Positions 15,600-35,385 of a stretch of DNA of 64,000 bases are shown in pieces. Numbering within the stretch: the stretch's first letter is position 1; each line of letters opens with the position of its first letter. Both the position numbers and the translations under genes were made by a program. The stretch comes from the human T2T-CHM13v2.0 reference genome, Homo sapiens: assembly GCF_009914755.1 (NCBI RefSeq), contig NC_060931.1. One strand, given 5' to 3'. Below the pieces are notes generated by a model that saw only the letters and a program-made list of their open reading frames with translations, was not told the DNA's origin and did not search any database.

Positions 15600-16280
15600 T
15601 ACCCGGGGCGTGTGACTCCGCCTACAGGATCCCGTTTCCCTGTCCATAAAGCGCACTAATGCTGGGGACGGTGGGTGTGGGGGAGGGTCCTGGAGCCTTA
15701 TTCAATCTGTCAGAGTAGGAACCGTCCTATCAGGCACGCAGTTGGGGAGGAGGGCGTGGCTTCCAGCGTTTGGCGCGGCCTTTGTCTCTGGCTCAGGCCG
15801 GAGCCTGAGATCCATCTCTACTGTCCCGCGTGTTGCCCCTCGGGAGCACTAGGTGACTTTGTCACATCCTCTGTTGCCCTGAGATCTGGAGGTACTGGAA
15901 ATGCATAGCTAAGATGCCAGGACATCCTGGAAACCAGGAAATGGTGAGTACGCGGGGTTGGGCATCCCAAGAGGGGAGAGTGGGCTGGTTGAAACCAGCG
16001 GAACCGGCCTCCCCACGGTCAGCTCCCGGGTCCACAGACCTGAGTCCCCGTTGGCGCAGCTGGGCCCTCAGTACCCCCGGAGAGTGGGGTGGGGGGCGGT
16101 GCAAGACGGCAGCTGAACCAGCGGACTTTGACCCCTCACCGTCCTCTTCCCGCGCCGCGACCTGCCTGAAACTCTCTGGGCAGCGCTGCACCCGCAGCCC
16201 CGACTCTCTCCCAGATTGTTCAGGGATGACAGAGGGTCATTAGAGCAGAATCCCGACTCGGTGGGTGCGTGGGAGGAGCT
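15600..16280 (+). promoter_or_regulatory. CpG-rich promoter of a ZNF91-subfamily KRAB-ZNF locus
   Basis: Local CpG enrichment, a GC-box-like gagggcgtggc at ~15750, and the family-typical leader ggcgcggcctttgtctctggct. Confidence 0.8.
15765..15943 (+). pseudogene. Exon 1 of a ZNF91-subfamily KRAB-ZNF (pseudo)gene, encoding MPGHPGNQEM
   Basis: ...catagctaagATGccaggacatcctggaaaccaggaaATG|gtgagt matches the ZNF91/ZNF680-type exon 1 (MPGTPGSLEM|gtgag); canonical donor at 15944. Confidence 0.85.
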
Positions 16281-16319
16281 GCGGCCAGTGGGGTCCCCAG
16301 TGTCTCCTGTTAAAAAAAT

Positions 16320-16410
16320 TTTTTTTTGAGATGAAGTCTCGCTGTCACCCAGGCTGGAGTGCAGTGGCGCGATCTCGGCTCACTACAACCTCCACCTCCC
16401 AGGTTCAAGC
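16320..16410 (-). mobile_element. Partial Alu
   Basis: About 90 bp of Alu right arm in antisense. Confidence 0.85.
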
Positions 16411-17759
16411 AGGAGGACATTGTACAGTGCCTCCTGGGAAGGAGGACACTCCTTGAGTAATTTAATGGGCAGGATGGGGATGGGAGAATGTTTTGAGGGA
16501 TACCATGGTCTGACTTGACAGTTGAGTCAGACATGTTTGTGTTCCCATCAGCGCTGCCGCTCCCTGAGTTTGTCACCTTGGAAAGACTTTTTCACTTGTT
16601 TCCACTTCAGTTTTTCAATAACTGTAAATTACGTTTCGTCAATAGAGCTGAAAATTTTTTTAAAAAGTCAAAGACCATGAAAGGTGGATTTCAGAAAAAT
16701 CTAGTCATATATTTTATTTGTTAAAAATGCTTCTTTACCTTTATCTTCCTCAGAGTGAGTGTAGTAAGTTTGTTATGTCCGTTCTTTTTGGGTGGTGATT
16801 TCAAACAGGATTCCAAGGCTTTGTTTGGGAATGCTACCAGGGAAAAGAAATAGGAAAAATCACTTTTTCATTATGGCTATAGAAAGTGAACACATTTCCC
16901 CAAGAAAATGTGAAAGATTAATTGATGAAGTGCATATATTTGTCAAAACATCAGCTCCCCTTTTTTGCAGGGTCTAAAATTTGTAACAGTAGATAACTCT
17001 GTTGTGTATTCTGTTGTCTAAATGTCCAAGTTTAATGTTAAATTTTATGAGATAGAACTTGGCACCTTCTAGAAATGTTCATATATGGTTGTTTATTAAA
17101 CTATTTATCATGAAAGTATGTAAGTGGCATGCTTAATGTCTGAAAGAGATAGAGACTTCAGCTTTTCCTGTTGAGGTATAAAATTTAAGTGCCTTACTAT
17201 TTCCTTACAATATTCTATAAACACTGTGTTTGAGTGATTTTGCTGTTTTCTTTAAACACTGGGCATTAGTTTTAAACTAAGATTAGTCAGAAAAGGGCTT
17301 TCTTTCATAAGGAGGAGCAAACTACTAGAAGGTGAGAAAAAAATGTGGGAGGGGGAGGAAGGGATAAAACATGGTGAAATCAGATCCTAGATCAGAGAGT
17401 GTTTTACCTAGAAGTCAGCCTGTTCTTAAGAGGGACATAAGGAGGGGTTGTAAGGTTGGGTCAAAGTTTGGGGGCCTGGGGAAGGAAAGAAACTTAAGAA
17501 AAGTTTGGTTAACAAGTAGTTTGTTCTGTCCACTAGAGACAAACTTATTTAATTGTTTATGAGACAAAAAAATAAAAATAAATGGGAATTTAGAGAGTCT
17601 CTGGCTTTGGGATATCAAAAACAGGAAGGGTGTTTCTTAGCAGTGAGATGCTCTTGAAAAGCACAAAGAATGGGGGATTTCTTTAATCACAGCTGTTATC
17701 TACCCACCCCATCTTCTCCCACCACTTTTCCTTGCCTTGTACTTTTTTTTCATTTGGCT

Positions 17760-17885
17760 CTTGTTGATTTGTACCTTTCATAATAAATTGGTAAATGCAA
17801 GTATAGTGTTTTGCTGAATTCTGTGAGTAGTTGTATCAAGTTATTGAACTTGAGAAGGAGGTTATGGGAGCCCCCAATTTATATC
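17760..17885 (+). mobile_element. MER21-like LTR fragment
   Basis: gtatagtgttttgctgaattctgtgagt...ttattgaacttgagaaggaggttatgggagcccc resembles the MER21 3' region. Confidence 0.5.
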
Positions 17886-17889
17886 GGAA

Positions 17890-18785
17890 CTCTCCCTCCC
17901 TCCACCCCTCTAACAGGCCCCAGTGTATGTCGTTCCCCTTCTGTGTACATGTGTTCTTATTGTTCACCTCCCAATTATAAGTGAGAACATGCAGTGTTTG
18001 GTTTTCTGTTCCTGTGTATTAGTTTGCTGAAGATAATGGCTTTCGGCTCCATCCATGTTCCTGCAAAGAATATGATCTTGTTCCTTTTTATGGCTGCATA
18101 GTATTCCATAGTGTGTAAAGCAATTGCAACAAAAGCAAAAATTCACAAATGGGATCTAACTAAATTAAAGAGCTTCTGCACAGCAAAAGAAACTATCATC
18201 AGGGTGAACAAACAACCTAGAGAATGGGAGAAAATTTTTGCAATCTATCCATCTAACAAAGGTCTGGTATCCAGAATCTACCAGGAACTTAAACAAATCT
18301 ACAGGAAAAAAAACAACCTCATTAAAAAGTGGGCAAAAAACATGAAGAGACACTTTTCAAAAGAAGACATTTATGTGGCCAACACACATGTGAAAAAATA
18401 GCTCAACATCGAGATTATTAGTGAAATGCACATCAAAACTGCAATGAGATAACATCTCATGCCAGTCAGAATGGCGATTATTAAAAAGTCAAGAAGCAAC
18501 AGATGTTGGTGAGGCTGTGGAGAAATAGGAATGCTTTTACACTGTTGGTGTGAATGTAAATAAATTTAATCATTGTGGAAGAGAGTGTAGCTATTCCTCA
18601 AAGATCTAGAACCAGAAATAACATTCGACCCAGTGATCCCATTACTGGGTATATACCCAAAGGAATATAAATGATTCTATTATAAAGATACATGCATGTG
18701 TAGGTTCATTTCAGCACTATTCACAATAGCAAAGACATGGAATCAACCCAAATGCCTATCGATAGACTGGACAAAGAAAATGTGG
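17890..18785 (-). mobile_element. 5'-inverted L1PA (minus segment 17890-18110; inverted segment 18111-18785)
   Basis: L1 3'UTR/ORF2 end on minus joined to the adjacent upstream ORF2 stretch on plus ([25 protein letters not shown]). Confidence 0.85.
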
Positions 18786-19419
18786 TGCTTTTTTATTTTT
18801 TATTTGAATGCCTTTGTTTTCTTCTTTTTACCTGATTGCTCTAGCTTGATTCCTCAGTACTATGTTGAAGAGAGGTGGTGAGATTTGATATCCTTGTCTT
18901 CTTTCTGATACTAGAGAAATAATTTGTTGCATTTCACTCTTGAGTATAATGGGATCTGAGGCCTTAATGTATATGGTCTTTATTGTGTTTTAATGCATGC
19001 TTTTATATGTACATTGTTGGGAGTTTTTATCATAGAAGTGTATTAAATTTTGTCGAATGCTTTTAATAAATTTTTTGAGATAATTATATAATTTTCATTC
19101 TTCATTTTGTTATTGTATATTATTTTTAATGATTTGTGTATGTTGAAACATTCTTGCATCCTGGGGATGAGTCCTACTTGATCATAGTGTATGATCCTTT
19201 TAATATGTTGTTGAATTCAGTGTCTAGTATTTTGTTGAGAATTTTTTCTGTATCTTCAAAGGGATATTTGCTTATAATTTTCTTTTCTTGTAGTGTCCTT
19301 ATCTGGCTTCAGTATGAGGGTACTAATGGCTGCCTCAAGTGAATTTGGAAGTGTTTTTTCTCTTCAATTTTTGGAAGAGTTTGAGAAGGACTGACATTAG
19401 TTCTTCCTTAAATGTGTGA

Positions 19420-19758
<339 letters not shown>

Positions 19759-20811
19759 GGTCATGGGATTTTTCAAAATTGGAAGTATTTGGTTACTGCT
19801 TCAATCTCCTTCCTCATTATTGATCTGTTCGGTATTTCTTTTTTTTTATAATTTAATCTTGGTGGGTTTGTTTCTAATAATTATTTCTTGAGTTATCAAA
19901 TTTGTTGTCATATAATTGCTCATAGTAGTCTCTTATTATCTTTTGCATTTCTGTGGGATCTTTTGAAATAACTTAATTTTTTATTTATAATTTTTTTAAG
20001 TCCTCTCTCTTTTTGTTCCCCGGGTTAATATAGCCAAAAGTTTGTCAATTTTGGTTCTTTAAAAAACTCAGCTCAATTAAAAAAAAATTTCTATTGTCTT
20101 TCTAGTCTCTGTTTACTTTCTTTTTTCTCTAATTCTTGATATTTTTATAATTAAGCTAACGTTGGAATTATTTTGGTCTTGTTCAAGTTTTTTGGGAGTT
20201 AAAGTTAGGTTGTTTACTTAAATCTTTCTTTTTTTATTAGTGTAGGAGTTTATTATTACAAACTTCTCTTAGAACTGCTTTTGTTGTATCCCAGAAATTT
20301 TGGATCCTTGTGTGCTCAATTTTATTTGTATTGGGGTGCTTTCCTTTTTCCCTTTTGACTTCTTCTTTGAACCCCATTGGTTGTTTAGGAGCATGTTGTT
20401 TAATATCCACATATTTGTGAGTTTTCCAATTTTCTTCTTGCTATTGGTTTCCAGTTTTATACCATTATAGTCAGAATAAAAACTTGACATAATTTTAACC
20501 TTCTTAAATTTGAAACGCTTGTTTTTTATTTTTGGTTTAATATATAATCTCTCCTGGAGAATATTTTATGTATTTTTGAGATAAATGTGTATTCTTATAC
20601 TGTTGGGTGAAATGTTATATTTATATCATCTATTTAGTCTATAGTGTTATACAAGCACACTTCTTTTTTTGAAGATTTCTGTTTGAATAATCTGTCTGTT
20701 TCAAGTAGGGTATTAAAGTTTTCTATTATTGTATTCCTATCTACTTCTCCCTACAGTTCTGTCAATATTTGCTTTATATATTTAGAAGCTCCAGTGAGAA
20801 TATATAAATTC

Positions 20812-21090
<279 letters not shown>

Positions 21091-21609
21091 AAGCATATAT
21101 ATGTTTAATCATAATATCCTCTTGACAAATTAGCCTCTTTATTATTATATGGAGAACTCATTTGACTCTTGTGGTAGATGTTGCCAGGAGGTCTATTTTG
21201 TCTAATTTAAGCATAACTACTAATACACTTCTTTGGTTATTACTTGCATGGAATATCCTTTTCCATCTTTTCACTTACAGCTTGTGGTTGTCCTTATAGC
21301 AAATGCTAGTCTCTTGTAAGCAGCATATCATTTGTCTTTAAAAAAATTTATTCATCCTGTTTTAGTCTATTTTGTGCTGCTATACCAGAATATCACAGAC
21401 TAGGTAATTTATAAAGAGTATAAGTATTTGGCTTATGATTCTGGAGGCCAGGAAGGCAAAGAGCATGACACTGGCATCTGTTAAAGGCCTTATTGCTGCA
21501 TGATAACATAGCCAAAGGTATGAGGGAGAGAGAGAGCTTCCTTTTATAATGGACCCCCTCTTGTTATAATTAATAAATTCCCGTGATAAGGACATCAATC
21601 CATTCATGA

Positions 21610-21931
<322 letters not shown>

Positions 21932-21932
21932 G

Positions 21933-22253
<321 letters not shown>

Positions 22254-22495
22254 TAAAGGTCCTGCTTCTTAATACTATCATAATGGCTATTGAATTTTAA
22301 CCTAAAATTTAGAGATGACATTTTCTGTAGCAGTGTCTGTTTATTGGATAATTTAATCTCTTTATATGTAAAATAGTGATAGATTACTATTAATAAGTTT
22401 CCATTAATAAGTTATTATTGTGGTTTTGTTGTTTTCTGACTATCTAAAATTTGTTTGTTTTTTCTTGTCTTATCTTTCCTGTGGTTTTGTTCATT

Positions 22496-22772
22496 TTTGT
22501 TGAGACAGGGTCATGCTTTGTTTCCCAGGCTTGCGTGCCTGGCATGATCATAGCCCTCTGTAACCTTAACATCCTGGGCCCAAGCAGTCCTCCCATCTCA
22601 GCCACCAAAGTAGCTGGGGCTACAGGCATGTTTCACAACACCCAGCTATTTTTTTAGAGATATGGTCTCCTTATGTTGCTTGGGCTGGTCTCAAACTCCT
22701 TAGCTCAAGTGATTCTTCCACTTCTGTCTCCCAAAGTGCTGGGACTACAGGAATGAGCCACTGCACCCAGCC
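22496..22772 (-). mobile_element. AluJ
   Basis: Diverged antisense Alu. Confidence 0.88.
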
Positions 22773-23528
22773 TTAGCTTTTTGGGTTTTTGTGTTGTTTT
22801 TATATGCTTTAGTTACTTTCTCTTTTTCTTTTGTGTATCTACTACAGTTTTTTCCTAGTGGTTATCATGGGACTTACATAAAACATCTTATATTTTAACA
22901 GCCTAGCTTAAGATGATAACAATTTAACTTCTGTGCCATAGAAAAACTACAAATTTTCTCCTTTCACACATTTTATACTATATATGGCACTTTAGAACGT
23001 TTTATATTGTACATTTAACAAATTATTGTGGCTATCTTTCTTTTTAATACTTTTTAATAGATCTTACATTAGAGTTAAAAGTGATTTATGCAAAACCATT
23101 GCAGTATTAGAGTATTCTGAACTTCACTACATACCATTTCCAGTGACATTTATACTTTATGTCTAATGTATAATATAATGTTTTTTGTATTGTTAGTTAA
23201 CATTCCATCATTTCAGTGTGAAGAATTTCTTTTAGCATTTCTCATAAGACAGGTTGAGTGGTGATAAATTCCCCCAACTTTTTTGTCTTAAAATGTCTTG
23301 ATCTCTTCTATGTCCAAAGGACAGCCTAATTAGATATAGTCTTAGTTGTCAGGTTTTTTTCTTTGTAAAGCATTTTAAATATATAATTGAGTCTCCTAGC
23401 TTGCAAGGTTTCTGCTGAAAAATTCACTGATAACATTATAAAGGTTCCCTTGTATGTGAAGAATCTCTTGTCACTTACTGTTTTCAGGAATTGTGCTTTA
23501 TCTGTGAATTCTGAAAATTTAATTATAA

Positions 23529-24020
<492 letters not shown>

Positions 24021-24213
24021 TGATTTGTTCACTTTATGATTGGTCACTTTCAAATAGCCTATCTTTGAGTTCGCTGATTTTTTTTTATTTTATAATTGAG
24101 TCTCCTGTTATAGTTTTCTATTATGGTTTTTCAGTTCTACCATTTTTTTTTTTTTTACTTTAGCTGCAGGATTTCTGTTTGGTTGTTTTTTATGGTTTCT
24201 ATTTTCCTATTAC

Positions 24214-24353
24214 TTTTTTTTTTCTTTTTTTTTTTTTAATGAGCGATCTTGCAATGTTGTCCAGGTTGGTCTTGAACTCCTGGCCTCAAGCAATCCTCCT
24301 GTCTCAGCCTCCCAAAGTTTTATTATTACAGGTGTAAACCACCATGCTTGGTC
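24214..24353 (-). mobile_element. Alu monomer (FLAM-like)
   Basis: Single left-arm-like monomer with T-tail. Confidence 0.8.
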
Positions 24354-25407
24354 TACTTCTTTATTATATTTCTCACTTTGTTTCTGTGTTGTTTTCTAAA
24401 ATTTTTTAGTTGTCTATTTTGTTCTTTTGCATCTTATCGAAGTTTCTTAAGATGATTATTTTCAATTCTTTGTCAGACAATTCTGAGATCTCCATTCTTT
24501 GTAGATGTTTACTAGAGCTTTATTAGTTCTTTTGGTGATGCTCTTGTTTTCCTGATTCTTTTTCATCTATGTAGCCTTATGTTTGTATCCCTAAATGTGA
24601 AAGAACAAATCTTCCATTACATAAGTTTTTGTAAGATAAATAATTTCTTTTATTGGGTCCTTGGGCTGATGAGATTTCAACTGATATTGCATTTGAGTTT
24701 GCTGGAGCCAGATGACATGACTTCTTACTTGGCCTTGAGTGGGTTTCATGGTTGGCTGACCTGTTATCAGGACATCAGTCCTAGATTCTGTCTACTACTT
24801 AGGAAGACGGGGGCAGAATCTTTATTATCAGGGCTGTTGTTGAGATAAGAAATTTCACTTGTTTCCGCATATAGGGGTGCTTGACTCCTACTGGATCTCT
24901 GGTCTAACCTAGTCATTAGACAGTTCACTGGATGGGCAGGACTGACCCCTGATCAAACCTGAGAGCCACTGGAACTGATTCATAGGGCTGCTTCAGGATA
25001 CACAGCTGAGACTAAAAATCTTCAGTTTTGTCTCTGGGTCCATGATATATTTCCCTCCGGGTTTCTAGGTGGGCAGGACTGTTCCCAGACACTGGCTGAC
25101 GGGGATTAAAACTGGGTTACAGGCCTTGCTTTAAGATTCACAGTGAGACTGATGTCAGCAGGCCTGCCTCAAGGGGCACAGACTTGCATGCTTTTAGGCA
25201 AGTCCCAGGTTGAGCAAAACTGCTCCTGAACTGTGGCTGCATGAAACCAGAGCCAGGTTGCAGTGCCATTTCAAGAGCCAGGTTACAGTGCCATTTCAAG
25301 ACTCCAGAATAATGTTGATTGTCCTACATCGAGGGGCACAGATGGATGTTTTTCCTTGGGGGTCCCTTAATTTACATATGAATTAGCTATATGCCTCTTG
25401 CCTATAG

Positions 25408-25790
<383 letters not shown>

Positions 25791-27059
25791 TAAGTTTCTT
25801 ATCGATGCTGGATATTAGTCCTTTGACAAATGCATAGCCTCCCAGAGTGCTGAGATTACAGGCGTGAGCCACCACTCCCGACCTTTTTTCTTGGTTTTCA
25901 ATGATTATTTTATTCTGTCCAGGTGACAGTCAGGAAAATAATCTTAAATTCATAATCTACTTATAGTTTGAATATATATGATTGTGTGAAAGGAACATTT
26001 TTGTTATTTGAAGGTAATTTAAAAAAAATTTTGTAACTGTCTCTTAGGTAGTCTTAAGTGTTTAATTGTGGTTAAAAACATACAATTGTCATCTTAAACA
26101 TTATTAAGTGTACAGTTTAGAATTCTTAAGTACAATCCTATTGTTTTGCAAGAGGTTCTAGATAATTTTTGTCTTACAAAAGTAAAAGTGAATACCCATT
26201 AAACAACAAATTGTCCTTTCTACCTGTTTCCAGTTCCTGAAGAACACCATTCTACTTTCTGTTTCCATGAGTTTGACTAAATATTTTATACAAGTGTAAT
26301 TATACAGTGTCTCTTTCTTTGTGACTATCTTATTTTACTTAACATAATGTTCTAAAGATTTATCGTTATTGCAGTACTTGTCAAGATGATTGGCTGACTT
26401 GTTATCAGGACATCAGTCATAAATTCTGTCTATTACCTAGAAAGATTCAACTTTCTTCAGAGTCTTTATTATTACGGCTGGTGTTGAGATAAGAAATTGC
26501 ACTTGTTTCTGCATATAGGAGTGCTTGACTCCTACTGGATCTCTGGTCTTGTCAAGATGTCCCCTTTTTAAAAGACTGAATAATATTCCATTGTATATAT
26601 GTGCCACATTTGTTTAATCTACTCATCCATAAAGAAACATTTGCTTCCAGGTATTATTTTTTGTAATGCTGCAACGTACCTGAATGTACAAAATATCTAT
26701 TCCATGTTCTGCTTTGACTATGGGATATTTTAAATATACTGAAGTAGTACCATGTATATGCTCTTGATTTTGTCACCTGATCCTTTACGTTATATCCCCC
26801 AAATCATTGCCAAAACCAGTTGTCGTGAAACTTGCCCCTTCTGTATTGTTCTAGGAGTTTTACAGTTACAGGATTTATGTTAAAGTCTTAGTTCATTTTT
26901 TTAAATTGACACACGTAATGTTACATATATTGGGGTACAATTATATATAGGTTGTATAATGATCAAATCAGAGTATTTAGTGTATTTATTACCTAATGCA
27001 ATTGTTATTTTTGTGGTGAGAACATTCAAAAGCCCCTTTTCTAGCTATTTCATCTTATC

Positions 27060-27361
27060 TTTGTTTTTTGGGTTTTTTTGAGACAAAGTCTTGCTCTGTC
27101 ACCTAGGCTGGAGTGCAGTGGTGTAATCTTGGTTCACTGCAACCTCCACCTCTTGGGTTCAAGTGATTCTTGTGCCTCAGCCTCCTGAGTAGCTCGGATT
27201 ACAGGCATGCTCCACCACACCCAGCTAATTATTGTATTTTTAGTAGAGATGGGGTTTTGCCATGTTGGCCAGGCTGATCTCGAACTCCTGGCCTCAAGTG
27301 ATCCACCAGCCTTGGCCTTCCAAAGTTATGGGATTACAGGCATGAGCCAACTTGCCCGACC
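27060..27361 (-). mobile_element. AluS
   Basis: Antisense Alu. Confidence 0.92.
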
Positions 27362-27362
27362 T

Positions 27363-27655
<293 letters not shown>

Positions 27656-28723
27656 CTCTTCTAGCTATTTTGTACTACTGCGTAGCAGAAAACCAGAACT
27701 TATTTCCCCTGTCTAATTGTAACTTAATATTTGTTAAGTAACCTCTTCCCATCCTCCCCATTTACTCTCTTGTGATCCCTGTTGTATTCCTTTTTTTTCA
27801 TATTACTCATAAAAGTGAGATTATAATGTTGATTGTCATATATCCAGGGGCACAGATGGATGTTTTTCCCTGAGGGTCCCTTAATTTGCATATGAATTAG
27901 CTATATGCTTCTTGCCTATGGAAATATCTGTTTTCTTTCAGGGTTTTTATAGTTTTGGGTTTTACATTTAAGTCTTTAATTCATCTTGAGTTAATTTTTG
28001 TATATGATGTAAGGAAGGAATTGAGTTTCAGTTTTCTGCCTATGGCTAGCCAGTTCTCCCAGCATTATCTACTGAACAGAAAATTCTTTCCCCATTTCTT
28101 GTTTTTGTCAGCTTTGTCAAAGGTCAGATGGATGTAGATGTGCAGCTTGATTTCTGGCCCTCTATTCTGTTTCATTGAGACAAAGAAGGGCATTACATAA
28201 TGGTAAAGGGTTCAATTCAACAAGAAGATGTAACTATTCTAAATATAAATGCAGCCAATCCAGGAGCACCAAGATTCATAAAGCAAGTTCTTAGATACCT
28301 ACAAAGAGACCTAGACTCGTATATGATAACAGTAGGAGAGTTTAACACACCACTGACAATAATAGACAGATCATCGAGACAGAAAATTAGCAAAGATATT
28401 CAGGACCTGAACTTAGCTCTGGATGAAGTGGACCTGATAGATATCTACAGAACTCTCCACCCAAAACAACAGAATATACAGTCTTCTCATCACCACACAA
28501 CACTTACTCAAAAATTGATCATGTATTGTAAGTAAAATAATCGTCAGCAAATGCAAAAGAACTGAAATCATAACAGTCTCTCAGACCACAGCATAATCAA
28601 ATTAGAACTCAAGATGAAGAAATCCACTCAAAACCACACAAGTACATGAAAATTGAATAGTCCGTTCCTGAATGACTTTTGGGTAAATAATGAAATTAAG
28701 GCAGATATCAAGAAGTTCTTTGA

Positions 28724-29093
<370 letters not shown>

Positions 29094-29715
29094 TTAAGAG
29101 GAAAATTTATAGCACTAAATGGCCTCATCAACAAACTAGAAAGATCTCAAGTCAACAACGCTAACATTTCCACCAAAAGAACTGAAGAACCAAGACCAAA
29201 TAAAACCTAAAGCTAGCAGAAGACAAGAAATCACCAAGATCAGAGCCAAACTGAAGGAGATAGAGACATGAAAAACCCTTCAAAAATTCAAAAAATCTAG
29301 AACCTGGTTCTTTGAAAAATTAATAAAATAGATAGACCACTGGCTAGACTAAAAAAGAAGACAAGAGAAAAGAATCAAATAAACACAATCAGAAATGATA
29401 AGAAGGATATCAGCATTGAGCCCACAAAAATACAATCATCAGAGAATATTATGCGTACATAAATTAGAAAATGTAGATGAAATGGATACTTTTTTTTTTA
29501 AACATAAACCCTCCTAAGACCGAACCAGAAAGAAATTCAATCCCTGAATTGACCAATAACGTGTTCTGAAATTGAAGCTGTAATAAATAGCCTGCCAACC
29601 AAAAAAAAAAAAAAAAAAACAAAAAACCCAGGACCAGATAGATTATTCACAGTGGAATTCTACCAGAGGTACAAAGGAGAGCTGGTACCATTTCTACTGA
29701 AACCATTCAAAATAA

Positions 29716-29823
<108 letters not shown>

Positions 29824-30442
29824 TGATGAACATTGATGTAAAAATTCCCAATAAAATACTGGCAAACCAAATCCAGCAACACATCAAAATGCTTATCCAC
29901 CAGAAAGAAATTGAATCCCTGAATTGACCAATAATGTGTTCTGAAATTGAAGCGTAATAAATAGCCTGCCAATCAAAAAAAATCAAAACAAAACAAAACA
30001 AAAACCCGGGACCAGATAGATTCACAGTGGAATTCTACCAGAGGTACAAAGAGGAGCTGGAACCATTTCTACTGAAACTATTCAAAAAAATTGAAAAGGA
30101 GGGACTCCTCCCTAGCTCACTTTATGAGGCCAGCATCATCCTAATACCAAAACCTGGCGACATACAACAAAAAAAAGAAAGTGTTAAGTCAATATTGTTT
30201 ATGAACATTGATGCAAAAATTCTCAATAAAATAATGGCAAACCAAATCCAGCAACACATCAAAATGCTTATCCACCATGATGAAGTTGGCTTTTTCCCCA
30301 GGATGCAAACTTGGTTCAACATATGCAAATCAATAAATGTGATTCATCACATAAACAGAACTAAAGACAAAACACACATGCATATTTTAATAGATGCAGA
30401 AAACAAACAAACAAAAAAGCTAAAACTAAAAACCCTACAAGA

Positions 30443-30812
<370 letters not shown>

Positions 30813-31101
30813 TCATGGCAAAAACACCAAAAGCAATTGCAACAAAAGCAAAAATTGACATATGGGATCTAATTAAACTAAAGAGCTTCAAGTAACTATC
30901 ATCAGAATGAATAGACAACCTACAGTACGGGAGAAAATTTTTGCAATCCATCTGACAAAGGTCTAATATCTAGAATCTACAAGGAACTTAAACAAATTTA
31001 CAAGAATAAACCAACCTCAATAAAAAGTGGGCAAAGGACATGAACAAACACTTCTCAAAAGAAGGCATACATACAGCCAACAAACATTAAAAAAAAGCTC
31101 A

Positions 31102-31408
<307 letters not shown>

Positions 31409-32284
31409 TCAACATCACTGATCATTAGAGAAATGCAAATCAAAACCACAATGAGATACAATTTCATGTCAGTCAGAATGGCTTTTATTAAAAAGTTAAA
31501 AACAACAGATCCTGATGAGGTTGTGGAGAAAAGGGAATGCCTTTATGCTGTTGGAGGGAGTGTGAACTAGTTCAGCCATTGTGGAAGACAGTGTGGCAAT
31601 TCCTCAAAGACCTAGAGGCAGAAATACCATTTGACCCCAGCAATCCCATTACTGGGTATATACCCAGAGGAATATAAATCATTCTATTATAAAGATACAT
31701 GCATGCATATGTTCATTGCAGCACTGTTTACAATAGCAAAGTCATGGAATCAACCTACATGTCCGTCAGTGATAGACTGGATAAAAAAAATATGATACAT
31801 ATATACCATGAAATACTATGCAGTCATGAAAAAGAACAAGATCATGTCCTTTGCAGGGACATGGACAGAGTTGGAAGCAATTATCCTCAGCAAACTAACG
31901 CAGGAACAGAAAACCAAATACCAAATGTTCTCACTTATAAGTGGGAGCTGAATGATGAGAACACATGAACATATGGTGGAAAACAACACTGGGCACCTGT
32001 TGCCAGGGGAGAGCATCAGGAAGAATAGCTAATAAATGCTGGGCTTAATACCTGGGTGATTGGATGATCTGTGCAGTAAACCACCATGGCACATGTTTAC
32101 TTATGTAACAAACCTGCACATCCCGTACATGTAATCCTGAATGCAAAAGTTAAGGAAAAGTTGAAGAAAGTTGAAGTGCAGGCAGATAAGAGGCAATAAA
32201 CAAGAGGAGAGGGAAAGAGAAGAGAAGATGGAAGGGAAAGAAGAGGTAGCCTGGAATAATGAAAGGATCCCTAGGTGGTGTCAG

Positions 32285-32450
32285 AACACGAGGGCCAGAG
32301 GCCTGGCTTTGCCTCTGTCTAGCTGTGTGGACTTGAGCAAGTCCCTTGGCCTCTCCAGGCCTCTTTTGTAAAAAGGGATAAGTAAGATAACTGCTTGCAA
32401 TATTGTCATGAGATTTGTATAAAGTATTAAACAAAGAGTTTTCTGTAAGC
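32285..32450 (+). mobile_element. MIR fragment
   Basis: ctagctgtgtggacttgagcaagtcccttggcctctc...tgtaaaaagggataag MIR core-like sequence. Confidence 0.65.
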
Positions 32451-33091
32451 AACTTGAAAAGAGCTGTGTCATTCTGAGGACTGGTGACCTGCGGTCTCAG
32501 GGGGATGTCCCAGGGCACCTGCCAGTTCCAGGCATTAGATTTGTATAGTCCTGATGCCCAGAACAAGCCTTCACTCATATTTCTTGCTATGAAAATGTGT
32601 TGGCCATCTTTATTATATAATGCACAGTAGGTTTCAATTTCCTAAACTCTTTTTTATCCCTGTTATCCTGTCTGCCCTTGACAAAAAACTGAAGGTCAAA
32701 TAGGGCAACCCCAGAATCAAGTCAGGCCCTCAGCTGCTCACACAGCAGCCAGTTCTAACTGGAAGGTCCCATCCTGCCAGGTCTTTGCCTAGTTCCTCAG
32801 CTCATGTCACCCTCAGCCTCACTCTCTGCTTTTAGAACATGTCATGCTTCATCCCACCTTGAGGCCTTTGCCCATGCTGGAAACCCAGCGCCTGATAACA
32901 GTATCTTTCATGTAGTAGGTTCTTAATAAATATTTAAATTTTAAAAATAATAATTTATTTTATTTTTTAGCTCCACACTTTGCTTCTGTTTTTATGGTTT
33001 TAATCTCGTTTTCTTCATGCATTGTTTTCCTCTTTTGTTTAGTTTTCTGTTTTTTCATTTAGCTGACTAAGCATCTTTAAGATAGATGTTT

Positions 33092-35095
<2,004 letters not shown>

Positions 35096-35105
35096 AAAAA
35101 AAAAT

Positions 35106-35385
35106 GCCAGGGGTGGTTGCTCATGCCAGCACTTTAGGAGGCTGAGGCAGTAGGATCACTTGAGACCAGGAGTTTGAGACCAGCCTGGGCAACATAGCAA
35201 CATTCTGTCTGTACAAAAATTAAAAACAACTATCCAGGTGTTGTAGTCATATGTACTCAGGAGACTTAGGTGGCATGACTGCTTGAGTTCAGAAATTTGA
35301 GGTTATATTGAGCCATGATTGCACCATTACCCTCTGTTCTGGGAGACAGAGCAAGACCCTGTCAGTGTGGAAAAACAAAAATAAA
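35106..35385 (+). mobile_element. AluJ
   Basis: Diverged Alu. Confidence 0.85.

Noticed and set aside
15914-16243. 109-aa ORF starting MPGHPGNQEM
   Set aside because: Only the first 10 codons are exon 1; the rest reads through the gtgagt donor into intron.
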